A stretch of 64,000 bases of DNA from Paludibacteraceae bacterium (GCA_023227695.1 JALNVE010000002.1:13767-77766); one strand, 5' to 3'. Numbered from the stretch's first letter, positions 53,999-62,325 are shown. Translations and numbers: made by a program. The notes: generated from the letters alone by a model not told the origin.

Positions 53999-54075
53999 GC
54001 CTCGGTAGCTTAACGGTCAGAGCGGCGATCCCTAAAATCGCGTCAGTAGGAGTTCGAATCTCCTACGAGGCACCA
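53999..54075 (+). tRNA. tRNA with anticodon CUA (amber suppressor candidate), CCA encoded
   Basis: Hand fold: acceptor GCCUCGG/ACGAGGC (G7-A66 mismatch), U8, D arm GCUU-AACGGUCA-GAGC, anticodon arm GCGAU-CCCUAAA-AUCGC, variable GUCAGU, T arm AGGAG-UUCGAAU-CUCCU, discriminator A, CCA. Oddities are C at position 33 and a 6-nt variable region. A hairpin (gcccct-gtaaaa-aggggc, 53977-53994) immediately precedes it. Confidence 0.7.
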
Positions 54076-54139
54076 GAATAAGATTTCCGATAATCTTGCT
54101 GACTTCGAAAAGTATTTTGAAAAATTCTAAGTCTACCCA

Positions 54140-54168
54140 TTGACAAATCCTAAGAAATTGTGTATAGT
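54140..54168 (+). promoter_or_regulatory. sigma-70-type promoter (TTGACA-17-TATAGT)
   Basis: The -35 is at 54140-54145 and the -10 at 54163-54168. The TTG that the ORF track uses as a start codon is the -35 element. Confidence 0.6.
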
Positions 54169-54217
54169 ACCGGTATCAAAAGAACCAATGGGGTTCTTAA
54201 GAAAGGTCGGTGAGAAT

Positions 54218-54742
54218 ATGGCTAAGAAAATGAAGGTTGTTGAAGTCGTCGTTACGGGCAAGTATGCCAATGCCGTTACTCAGGGCTGTGAAATCAACCG
54301 TAAGCTTGTGAAGCTCACCGAGGAGCAGAAGGAAATGCGCGATACCCTCCTTGACAAGACCGTCAAGATTCCCGAAACCGCCCAGAGCGCCCGCCTTACC
54401 GTTAAGGGTACGGAAGACAGTGTCCTTCTTAGCCTTCGTCGTAAGGTTGCTGTTGAAGTGACGGATGATCTGAAGGCACGGGTTCTCGGCGGCAATTACA
54501 TCGGTCTCTTGGATGTCAAGCGGAATATCGGACTTGAAAATCCTAACGATATCGCCAAGGCGATTGCGGTTCTGACGGCGTCAGGTATCATCTGTAAGGA
54601 AAACTGGGAAGTCAAGACCACCTCTGACAAGCTGGAGAAGTTCCGTGACAACAACGGCGCAGATGAAGTTCTTGATGCCGCAATCAAGATTGAAGAGGAA
54701 GAGGTCGTCAAGTTTGAGGCTGAAGCCGGTACTAAAGCCTAA
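54218..54742 (+). CDS. hypothetical protein, GC-richer than surroundings
   Basis: I moved the start to ATG 54218 (MAKKMKVVEVVV...). It is flanked by a strong promoter and a clean terminator, forming a single-gene unit. No family recognised. Confidence 0.55.
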   Translation: MAKKMKVVEVVVTGKYANAVTQGCEINRKLVKLTEEQKEMRDTLLDKTVKIPETAQSARLTVKGTEDSVLLSLRRKVAVEVTDDLKARVLGGNYIGLLDVKRNIGLENPNDIAKAIAVLTASGIICKENWEVKTTSDKLEKFRDNNGADEVLDAAIKIEEEEVVKFEAEAGTKA

Positions 54743-54780
54743 GTATCAGGGAAAGACGAAAACATCGCAAACAAAGACGA

Positions 54781-54814
54781 GAAAGCGGTCGTGATGTCCG
54801 CTTTCTTCTCTTTT
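54781..54814 (+). terminator. rho-independent terminator
   Basis: The stem gaaagcgg/ccgctttc (loop tcgtgatgt) is followed by TTCTCTTTT. Confidence 0.65.
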
Positions 54815-54843
54815 ATGCACTAAAATATAAATGTGGAGATAGA

Positions 54844-55041
54844 ATGCTGACATTATCAGGCAAGCGTATTATCAATTTAAGGACAGTTGAAGGAGAAACC
54901 GTATATCCATATCGCGGACAGGTTGTTATTAAGGAAGTCCCTAAAATCAGAATTAAAAATCTGATGTGGGATATCAACGGCAGATCTTTCTATAAGATGT
55001 CAAATAATTTGGATTTGTGTCTAGACGATATTGACAAATAG
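54844..55041 (+). CDS. hypothetical small protein
   Basis: ORF track. It ends in TAG inside the next promoter. Confidence 0.35.
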   Translation: MLTLSGKRIINLRTVEGETVYPYRGQVVIKEVPKIRIKNLMWDINGRSFYKMSNNLDLCLDDIDK

Positions 55042-55059
55042 GTAAAAAACATATAAGAT
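55031..55059 (+). promoter_or_regulatory. sigma-70-type promoter (TTGACA-17-TAAGAT)
   Basis: The -35 is at 55031-55036 and the -10 at 55054-55059. It lies 30 nt before the rtcB ATG. Confidence 0.55.
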
Positions 55060-55088
55060 GTCCTGTGTAAATTAAAGGATAAACAGAC

Positions 55089-56516
55089 ATGAAAATAAAT
55101 GGTGGCTTTTTAGTTGAATTGGGCCTGAAACCCTGTAAGACGTTTGGGGAACTTTTGAAACTATTCAATACTAGTGGAGATTATACCGAACAGGGAATCC
55201 GTCACGTTGTAGAAGGATTCATTAATCTTAAACTTCCCAAGAACATCAATACGATTCACGGGGATTCCCCGGCTTGTTTGAATCTGTTGAAAATCTATTT
55301 TGACTACGAAACGGAACACAAGAAGGCCGATATCAAATTGCGAAACGAAAACCTTCCCTTTAACATCTTCGGTGCTGAAAACATTGAACAGGGAGCAGTT
55401 GATCAGATGATTACCGCTATGCGGCTCCCTATCGCCGTTGCGGGGGTTCTAGTTCCTGATTCACATCAGGGTTACAATTTGCCGATTGGAGGAATCTTGG
55501 CGACAGAGAATCAAGTTATTCCTAATGCCGTAGGAGTGGATATTTCCTGTAGTATGAAAATGTCAGTGTTCGAAGAAGTAAGCTTCCCAGAGAAGAACAA
55601 TGCTTTTAGAATGGAACTGAAAGAATCTTTGGTAAAACAGACGTGTTTCGGTGTCGGTCTAAATGAAAAGAAAGGTCTGATCCATTGCGGGTTCGAAAGC
55701 ATCGTGCTTGAAAATAATCTATGGAATGATATCCCGATGTTGAAGAAATACAACATTCGGAAACTTGCAGAGAATCAAATCGGAACATCTGGGAGCGGTA
55801 ATCACTTCGTTTTCTTTGGGAATCTAGATTTCAAAGACGGAACACCAGCAAGACTAGCCTTGCTTAGTCATAGCGGTAGCCGTGGTGTCGGATATAAGAT
55901 CGCCAAACTTTACCATGACCTTGCTTGTAAGAACTTTGACAACAAAGGCTTTCAGGGTTGGGCATGGCTTGATTTGGATACCGACAACGGAAAAGAATAT
56001 TGGGCGGCGATGAATCTCTGTGCTGATTTTGCCCGTATCAGTCACGATATGATTCATTATCGTATCAATAAGTTCTTGGGATTGGAACCTAGCTTTACGG
56101 CCTTTACTAACCACAATATTGCCTATCGCGAAACGCACATTATTAATGGTAAGGAAATGGATTTGGTTGTCCATCGCAAAGGCGCTGTTCGTGCTTTCAA
56201 GGATGAAATCGGAATCATAGCGGGAGACATGGTTCATGATAGTTTTATCGTAAAAGGAAAAGGGAACGAATCTAGTCTTTGTTCTTGTTCTCATGGGGCT
56301 GGAAGAGTTATGAGTCGTCAATCTGCGAAAGAAAAATTTACTCATAAACAAATGGAAAACATATTAAACGAATTCGGTGTGGAATTGTTAGGTGGGGGAA
56401 TTGATGAATCACCAATGGCATACAAAGATGTTTACGGTGTAATAGATAGTCAAAAAGATTTAGTTGAAATTATCGGAACCTTTTCACCTAAAATTGTAAA
56501 AATGGCAGAACAATAA
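55089..56516 (+). CDS. rtcB: RNA 3'-phosphate/2',3'-cyclic phosphate-5'-OH ligase RtcB
   Basis: RtcB motifs appear in order: PDSHQGYNLPIGG, GVDISCSM, TSGSGNHF, HSGSRGVG, CSCSHGAGR, and the C-terminal MAYKDV...P. Confidence 0.9.
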   Translation: MKINGGFLVELGLKPCKTFGELLKLFNTSGDYTEQGIRHVVEGFINLKLPKNINTIHGDSPACLNLLKIYFDYETEHKKADIKLRNENLPFNIFGAENIEQGAVDQMITAMRLPIAVAGVLVPDSHQGYNLPIGGILATENQVIPNAVGVDISCSMKMSVFEEVSFPEKNNAFRMELKESLVKQTCFGVGLNEKKGLIHCGFESIVLENNLWNDIPMLKKYNIRKLAENQIGTSGSGNHFVFFGNLDFKDGTPARLALLSHSGSRGVGYKIAKLYHDLACKNFDNKGFQGWAWLDLDTDNGKEYWAAMNLCADFARISHDMIHYRINKFLGLEPSFTAFTNHNIAYRETHIINGKEMDLVVHRKGAVRAFKDEIGIIAGDMVHDSFIVKGKGNESSLCSCSHGAGRVMSRQSAKEKFTHKQMENILNEFGVELLGGGIDESPMAYKDVYGVIDSQKDLVEIIGTFSPKIVKMAEQ

Positions 56517-56584
56517 CGAATCGTGTTCTTGGGTAAGGTATTTTTTATTAGATATTCCTTTTATAAGATAACAAGAGGTTACTT

Positions 56585-57547
56585 ATGAAATGGATTGTTT
56601 ATGTCGCAACAAACAAAATAAATGGAAAGAAATACGTTGGTCAAACAAAAGTCGGAATTGAAAAAAGGAAAGCCAGTCATCTTGCTGGTTCTCTATATGG
56701 TGATCCCTATGCTTTTGCAAATGCTATAAGAAAATACGGAATAAATTCATTCTTTTGGGAGATTTTAGTTGAAGATATAGGAACTCAAGAAGAACTAGAT
56801 AGAATAGAAATTGAAAAAATAAAAGAATTAAAAACATTAGTCCCTTTTGGTTACAATATATCAATGGGAGGTGGAGGGGGCGATACTTTTGAAAATAATC
56901 CAAGGAAAGAAGAGATAAGAGAGCATCTCCGTATTATTAATACAGGAAAGAAACTTTCACAAGAAACGAAACTTAAAATGAGTATTTCAAGAAAAGGAAA
57001 TAAAAATTCACTAGGAACAAAGCGTTCTGAAGAAACTAAGAGAAAGACATCTGAAACGATGAAGAAAAGATGGGAAGAGGGTTTGCCATCTCTACATGGG
57101 CACCCAATGTCGGAGACTACGAGAAAAAAGTTATCTGATCATTTTAAGGGAAGAATCGTTTCGGATGAAACGAGAAAAAAAATGTCTCTTTCTCAAAAAG
57201 GCAAGAAAGTTTCGGATGAGACAAGAGAGAAAATAAGAAATTCTAAAATTGGGAAAAAGCATTCTAAAGAATTTTGTAAAGCAACATCTGAGAGAACGAA
57301 AGGTGCTAAAAACCCATTTTGGGGAAAGAAACATACACTTGAATCTAAACAAAGGAAATTAACAGTAGAGATGGTTAAGAAGATTAAACACTCATTAATT
57401 AAAAAACCAGATGGAATGACTCTTAAATGGCTGTGTAAAACCCTATCTGAAGAATATGGGGTTGGAACGAGTGCTATTATGAAAATTAAAACGGGGGAAA
57501 CTTGGTCGGACGTTTATATAGAAGAGGAAAATTATGAAAACAAATAA
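56585..57547 (+). CDS. GIY-YIG homing endonuclease with NUMOD3-type repeats
   Basis: WIVYVATNKINGKKYVGQT...KRKASH...KYGINSFFWEIL...GYNISMGGGG is followed by repeated G-K-K-x-S-x-E-T-K/R-x-K-M-S motifs. Confidence 0.8.
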   Translation: MKWIVYVATNKINGKKYVGQTKVGIEKRKASHLAGSLYGDPYAFANAIRKYGINSFFWEILVEDIGTQEELDRIEIEKIKELKTLVPFGYNISMGGGGGDTFENNPRKEEIREHLRIINTGKKLSQETKLKMSISRKGNKNSLGTKRSEETKRKTSETMKKRWEEGLPSLHGHPMSETTRKKLSDHFKGRIVSDETRKKMSLSQKGKKVSDETREKIRNSKIGKKHSKEFCKATSERTKGAKNPFWGKKHTLESKQRKLTVEMVKKIKHSLIKKPDGMTLKWLCKTLSEEYGVGTSAIMKIKTGETWSDVYIEEENYENK

Positions 57548-57854
57548 AAGAAGCATGGCTACGCCTTCCTACTATGTTGGCGGAAAAGGAAACGAAGACA
57601 GCCTTTGTAGTTGCAGTCACGGAAGCGGACGCAAAATGTCAAGAAAACAGGCGAAGGAAACTTTTTCTAAGAAGGAGATGCATGATTTCCTTGAAGCCGC
57701 AGGTGTTGAACTCCTTGCCGGTGGGATAGATGAATGCCCTATGGCCTATAAAGATGTTGCCGGGGTTATGGAAGCACAAAAAGATTTGGTTGGAATTTGT
57801 GGCACTTTTCGTCCTAAAATCGTAATGATGTGTGATGAACCCGATAACGATTGA
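57534..57854 (+). pseudogene. diverged duplicate of the rtcB 3' end (last ~90 codons)
   Basis: YYVGGKGNEDSLCSCSHGSGRKMSRKQAKETF...GVELLAGGIDECPMAYKDVAGVMEAQKDLVGICGTFRPKIV parallels FIVKGKGNESSLCSCSHGAGRVMSRQSAKEKF...GVELLGGGIDESPMAYKDVYGVIDSQKDLVEIIGTFSPKIV at 56244-56513. It is in the same reading frame as rtcB ((57534-55089)=2445). Confidence 0.7.
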
Positions 57855-57881
57855 ATTTAAAACCAAGGAGTATAACTAAAA

Positions 57882-58106
57882 ATGAAATTCAGCAATCTTC
57901 TAAAGTCCCTATCCGATACCGAATATCGTGGAACCTTTGCAATGTCGGTGGCGAATCCCGGATTTGATCAAATGACGGAACCTAATATTCGACAAGTGTG
58001 TGAAACGGTGGATATTTGTATGACAGATTATGCGTGTTTCGGGGATTCTAAAGTTATGGATTTTGAAGGGAAAACAAGTTTCGTCGTAGTCGTAGCCAAG
58101 GCGTAA
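57882..58106 (+). CDS. hypothetical protein
   Basis: ORF track, with RBS AAGGAG. Confidence 0.45.
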   Translation: MKFSNLLKSLSDTEYRGTFAMSVANPGFDQMTEPNIRQVCETVDICMTDYACFGDSKVMDFEGKTSFVVVVAKA

Positions 58107-58138
58107 AAGAATAAAAAAGAAATTAAAGACAAAGACCA

Positions 58139-58167
58139 TCGACATTGTAATTATTTTATGTTAATCT
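58139..58167 (+). promoter_or_regulatory. sigma-70-type promoter, weaker (TCGACA-17-TAATCT)
   Basis: The -35 is at 58139-58144 and the -10 at 58162-58167, upstream of ATG 58216. Confidence 0.4.
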
Positions 58168-58215
58168 GATTTCAATCAAGCGGGGTTAGAAGAAACCACC
58201 AAAAGGAAATAAGAG

Positions 58216-58944
58216 ATGAAAACATTCGTGACGAAAAACGGGACGGAAATTACGATTGACGGAGAAATTGTACGGACTCCTAAAACTTCTTGTCATATCA
58301 GCCACTTCTATCCCTTTGAAGAATCACCTGACAAACTCTCTTGGGAAGCTACTTTCCGTCGCGGTAAAAGAAATATCTCGGAAATCGGATTGGTGGCTAT
58401 GAGAGAAATCTGCATCCCTAAAGACGGGAATACGGAAATCGTTGCTGAAATATCCAAACTGGCAGATGAATTTCGTAAATCCGCCGTTCAGGCAAAACTG
58501 TCTGATGAGAAGGCGAAAGCCGATGAACGTGAAAAAATTCTGGCTTCATGTCCAGAAGGTTATGAAGTCGCAAGGAATAGCGGATGGCTTGATGGAATAT
58601 GTACCTTTAAAGCGTTTGACGGGGCGACCTGCAACGCGTGGGATGACGCCTATTCTGATAAAGGACAGGGTTTGTATTATATCCCTGTTGATCGTTTTGA
58701 CAGTAGCCGTAAACTGATGGCCGACAAGAAAACAAAATTCGAAAAAGAAACTTCCGAAAATGACGCAAAGGAAAAAGCGGCTTTTAAGGAAGCGAAGGAA
58801 ACGGGGAAACCCATAGTTCTACGGAAATGGATTACTGATCGCTGCATGAACGGAAATGAAAAAAATGAATGTTCCTTCGACAGCGCGATCGAATCGGCCA
58901 TGCCTGACGGGTCAAAGAAGACTAAATATGTCTGTTGTTTTTAA
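58216..58944 (+). CDS. hypothetical protein
   Basis: ORF track. Confidence 0.45.
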   Translation: MKTFVTKNGTEITIDGEIVRTPKTSCHISHFYPFEESPDKLSWEATFRRGKRNISEIGLVAMREICIPKDGNTEIVAEISKLADEFRKSAVQAKLSDEKAKADEREKILASCPEGYEVARNSGWLDGICTFKAFDGATCNAWDDAYSDKGQGLYYIPVDRFDSSRKLMADKKTKFEKETSENDAKEKAAFKEAKETGKPIVLRKWITDRCMNGNEKNECSFDSAIESAMPDGSKKTKYVCCF

Positions 58945-58964
58945 ATTTGAAAGGGATTTGACAG

Positions 58965-59852
58965 ATGAAAATTCAAAGTTTAAGCATTTGCGTACCTCTT
59001 CCAGAAGGGGTCAATCGTTGTACTAACGCCTGTAGATTCTGCGTGTCGAAGATGCATCGAGAAGAATATCCCAGCCTTCATTCCGGAACACCTTTTCAAG
59101 ATGAGAAATATAAAGATGAATTCCGCAAGCGCCTTGAATTTTCTAGGGATAACGGTTGTAATACGGTTATGATTACGGGTGAAAATGAACCACAGCAGAA
59201 CATGCCGTTCATCGATATGTTTTCACAAATCAACAAGAAATTACCTTCCAGTTTTAAATGGATTGAGATGCAAACGACAGGCGCGGGATTAGACAGAAAT
59301 CATCTTTTGTTTTTGCAAGATTATGGTGTTGTGACGATTTCTCTTTCCCTTTCGAATCTTTATTCTGAACAGAATGCCGAAATCAATTGTACACCGAAAC
59401 ACTTGAAAGTAAATATTGAAGATTTGATTTCTGAAATCAGGTCTTTGAATTTCAATCTTCGTCTTAGTCTGAATATGAATCAAACCATTCTTAAGGACTT
59501 TCAAGAAGACCACCAAATCATGTTTGAGAGAATCAATTTCTTACAACCGGATCAGGTAACTTTCAGAAAACTCTACGCTCGTCCTGGAACACAGCAAGCA
59601 AAATGGGTAGAAAAAGAAGCGACAAAAGAATCTGAGTTGAAAAGGCTTGAAGATTTTATCAAGGGAAGTGGACGGCTTATTAATATTTTGGAGTATGGAC
59701 AACTTCAATATAGTTTGGACGGAATCAGTTACGTTGTTGATAATGATTGCATGGCGAAAGATCAAAAGTCCGGCGTCTATAAATATTTGATTCTTCGTCC
59801 TAATATGAAACTCTACTCACAATGGGATATACCTTCAAGTCTGGTTTTTTAA
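58965..59852 (+). CDS. radical SAM enzyme
   Basis: It has an N-terminal CTNACRFC (CxxxCxxC) cluster motif followed by TVMITGENEPQQ. The subfamily is not assignable by eye. Confidence 0.6.
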   Translation: MKIQSLSICVPLPEGVNRCTNACRFCVSKMHREEYPSLHSGTPFQDEKYKDEFRKRLEFSRDNGCNTVMITGENEPQQNMPFIDMFSQINKKLPSSFKWIEMQTTGAGLDRNHLLFLQDYGVVTISLSLSNLYSEQNAEINCTPKHLKVNIEDLISEIRSLNFNLRLSLNMNQTILKDFQEDHQIMFERINFLQPDQVTFRKLYARPGTQQAKWVEKEATKESELKRLEDFIKGSGRLINILEYGQLQYSLDGISYVVDNDCMAKDQKSGVYKYLILRPNMKLYSQWDIPSSLVF

Positions 59853-59864
59853 CGGGAACAATTT

Positions 59865-60581
59865 ATGAATGCACATACACAAAAACTAAAAACTATCGAA
59901 GCCTTGGAATTTTTGAAAGAACACCCGGCTTTCGCTTTTGAAAGCGATAATCCCATTTGTTGTGGATTCTGGTTCGGGATGCATGATGTCTGTAAGAGGG
60001 GATATTCTAAATCTGCAATTAACGGGATTACCGTTTTCCCTAGTCAAAAGAAAAATTGGGAAAAGTTCAAACACCTTCTTCCTGAAGATGAAAAGGACGA
60101 TCCTTGTCCAAGTGTGGAAGTCAAGTATGCGGATCTTTTCGGAGAACCTTGGGAAAGCCACCATGTAGAATTCTGGTGGGAAATATCTTTCTTCATTTGG
60201 CAAGGTCCAAAGATTTCTTGCGATAATCATCTTAAAATTTATGATCGGATTAATTGGCAGATGTGTTCGGGTCCAGAAGGTGGAAGCCGAAGTTTTGAAG
60301 ATGCCATTATCAAGGCCGCAGAAACCGTAAAAAAGATTTATGGAGACTTCTGCAATGAAGACTTTCTAACACCAGAAGAAAGATTTAATCACGAAACTGA
60401 AAATCTGTTTCTGTCAGAAAACTTTACTTTAGAACACAATCCTAAATATATACAAATCACGAATGATGTTTTTAATCTTCGCTGGTTGAAGTGGTTTATG
60501 ACTACAGAATACGCAAAAAAGAATTGGGATTTTGATTTTGAGGAATGGAAGAATCTTCTAAAAAGGAATGATATCAAGTGA
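59865..60581 (+). CDS. hypothetical protein
   Basis: ORF track. Confidence 0.45.
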   Translation: MNAHTQKLKTIEALEFLKEHPAFAFESDNPICCGFWFGMHDVCKRGYSKSAINGITVFPSQKKNWEKFKHLLPEDEKDDPCPSVEVKYADLFGEPWESHHVEFWWEISFFIWQGPKISCDNHLKIYDRINWQMCSGPEGGSRSFEDAIIKAAETVKKIYGDFCNEDFLTPEERFNHETENLFLSENFTLEHNPKYIQITNDVFNLRWLKWFMTTEYAKKNWDFDFEEWKNLLKRNDIK

Positions 60582-60627
60582 AATGAATCCGCGTTACTAA
60601 TAATTTTGAGTGGAAAACGGAGGGCAA

Positions 60628-60975
60628 ATGCGCAGAACAATCAAAGAGTGGTGGGACAATCCTGAATACCACAGTATGACCGTGGACGACAAGATCGCCG
60701 CATGGGCAGAACACTGCAAGGAAGTCGAACGTCAGTTACAGGCAACACGGGACGCCTTGTGTGAGGCGAAGCCGGACTTTCTGCCAACGCCGGAGGTCGG
60801 CGCGGTTTCCATGTCTCCGTCTACCTCTTTGTTGGCCGATCTACGAGGGCTCGTTGAGACGTGGCGCACAGAGCGCGACTTCCTTTCTACAGGGGAGGGA
60901 GCAGACAGAACGGCGGCGAACGTCTACGATGAATGCGCCTGGCAAGCAATGGAACTCATTAAGACCAACACCTGA
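60628..60975 (+). CDS. hypothetical protein in GC-rich island
   Basis: I moved the start to ATG 60628 behind RBS ACGGAGGG. My hand count of 60721-60780 gives 34/60 G+C. Long alternative-frame ORFs here are consistent with high GC. Confidence 0.45.
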   Translation: MRRTIKEWWDNPEYHSMTVDDKIAAWAEHCKEVERQLQATRDALCEAKPDFLPTPEVGAVSMSPSTSLLADLRGLVETWRTERDFLSTGEGADRTAANVYDECAWQAMELIKTNT

Positions 60976-61039
60976 CGGACAAGAACTCCGCAACTAGAAA
61001 AGGTAACGAACGAACAATCAGCATGAACAGGACACGGCG

Positions 61040-61246
61040 ATGGATGTCAACGAGAAAATTAAGTGCCTGTGCATTGAGTGGGCAGAAGATCACTCGCACC
61101 TTCAAAAACTATGCCTTGAAGCTGGGTATGATGCGGGTGAAGTCTATGGAGATACATTTGGGGTTCCCGGAATACAAGATTTGGCCGACATGCTGTTTAA
61201 GCGTATTCCGCCGAACATCCATATTGACGGTACGTTGTCAATATGA
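61040..61246 (+). CDS. hypothetical protein in GC-rich island
   Basis: ORF track. A competing frame (61023-61274) looks less protein-like because it is rich in R, C and S. Confidence 0.4.
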   Translation: MDVNEKIKCLCIEWAEDHSHLQKLCLEAGYDAGEVYGDTFGVPGIQDLADMLFKRIPPNIHIDGTLSI

Positions 61247-61277
61247 TATCTTTATGTTGAAAAAAAGGATATAAAAT

Positions 61278-62030
61278 ATGAAATTGATTTCTAAGTTCAA
61301 AGACAGATATGATATCTATGCAAGAAATCCGAATTTCAGCGATCAAAGTTGGAACAGGATTTGGCGTCGTGAAAAACAGAAGATGAACAATCCTTGGGCC
61401 TATCCGCAGAATCAGAATATTGGTTTCTTAAAAACTGTTCTTGAGGTCGAAAGAATTTATACGGTTACGATTTTCTTCTGCGGGAAGGAAATCCCAGTAA
61501 TTGTGCTTGAAAACTATGTTTATCCTTCAAAAAACGATGTCGGAAATTACCAAAGACAATTCTTTTACAATTTTGAAGACTTTGCTCAAACTGACCTTTT
61601 CACATCTAGAAATTTGAAAGAAGACCGAGGAATCAGAGAGTACTTTGACGTACAAAACCGCATTTGGACGAGGACGGGAGACAATGGGAAATCTTTGGTG
61701 CGTTTGTCTCCGAAAGAAATTAATCTTTTCTTCAAAACTCCGGTTGTTGTATTCGGCGGTCTTCCCTATACTCTGTCAGAAGAATTTGATTGGATTGAAA
61801 AGGAACCTGACTGTTTTGGTTCCGTAGCGTACTTGAACCCGTGTCTTAACGACTTCCAATTCTTTTCTAAACATATGGATGCGTTTGCGGCCTTTAAAGA
61901 AATTGAAAGGTTTATTTCCAACGATTTGGTAGTACCCGACATGAAAGATGTAAAGATTAGTGATGTTCTAAAGGCAGAAACTCATGGATTTAATAAATAT
62001 AGTTTCAGAAAAGACAAGTCGTTGACTTGA
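61278..62030 (+). CDS. hypothetical protein
   Basis: ORF track. Confidence 0.45.
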   Translation: MKLISKFKDRYDIYARNPNFSDQSWNRIWRREKQKMNNPWAYPQNQNIGFLKTVLEVERIYTVTIFFCGKEIPVIVLENYVYPSKNDVGNYQRQFFYNFEDFAQTDLFTSRNLKEDRGIREYFDVQNRIWTRTGDNGKSLVRLSPKEINLFFKTPVVVFGGLPYTLSEEFDWIEKEPDCFGSVAYLNPCLNDFQFFSKHMDAFAAFKEIERFISNDLVVPDMKDVKISDVLKAETHGFNKYSFRKDKSLT

Positions 62031-62055
62031 CAAGATGGTGTGTTTGTGATAACCT
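62027..62055 (+). promoter_or_regulatory. sigma-70-type promoter (TTGACA-17-TAACCT)
   Basis: The -35 is at 62027-62032 and the -10 at 62050-62055. It lies 27 nt before ATG 62082. Confidence 0.45.
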
Positions 62056-62081
62056 GTCTTCAAAACAAAGGAGAATAGGTT

Positions 62082-62324
62082 ATGTTTGAAACATCAGCAC
62101 AAAATTTTGTAATAAGAAATCAGAACGCACGTCAGCGCTTCTTAGACTTGGTTCAAGAACAGTTTCATTTCAGTGATGATGAAGCCGTTGTTATTTTTGA
62201 CTACTATCTTCAAAAGAAGATTATCCGTCTGGATAATATCAACGGGACTTTCATTCTGAAACACGGTATTTTCTGGGATCGCCGTTGTATGAATTCTGCT
62301 CTTCAAATTCCAAAAGGATTCTAA
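62082..62324 (+). CDS. hypothetical protein
   Basis: ORF track, with RBS AAAGGAG. Confidence 0.45.
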   Translation: MFETSAQNFVIRNQNARQRFLDLVQEQFHFSDDEAVVIFDYYLQKKIIRLDNINGTFILKHGIFWDRRCMNSALQIPKGF

Positions 62325-62325
62325 T

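Noticed and set aside
54140-54217. The N-terminal extension of the 54140-54742 ORF given in the track (start at TTG 54140)
   Set aside because: That TTG is the first base of a TTGACA -35 hexamer with a 17-nt spacer and a TATAGT -10. ATG 54218 is the plausible start. TTG or GTG track starts at 35344, 37018, 50122, 6135, 32807 and 63633 were also replaced or reinterpreted, for similar reasons.
56517-57533. A group I intron housing the GIY-YIG gene within rtcB
   Set aside because: rtcB is complete before the endonuclease gene, with its own C-terminus and a TAA stop. Only 68 nt lie between the rtcB stop and the HEG start, with no recognisable intron core. The duplicated 3' end is better explained by a free-standing HEG cassette. 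RNA-seq would settle the question.
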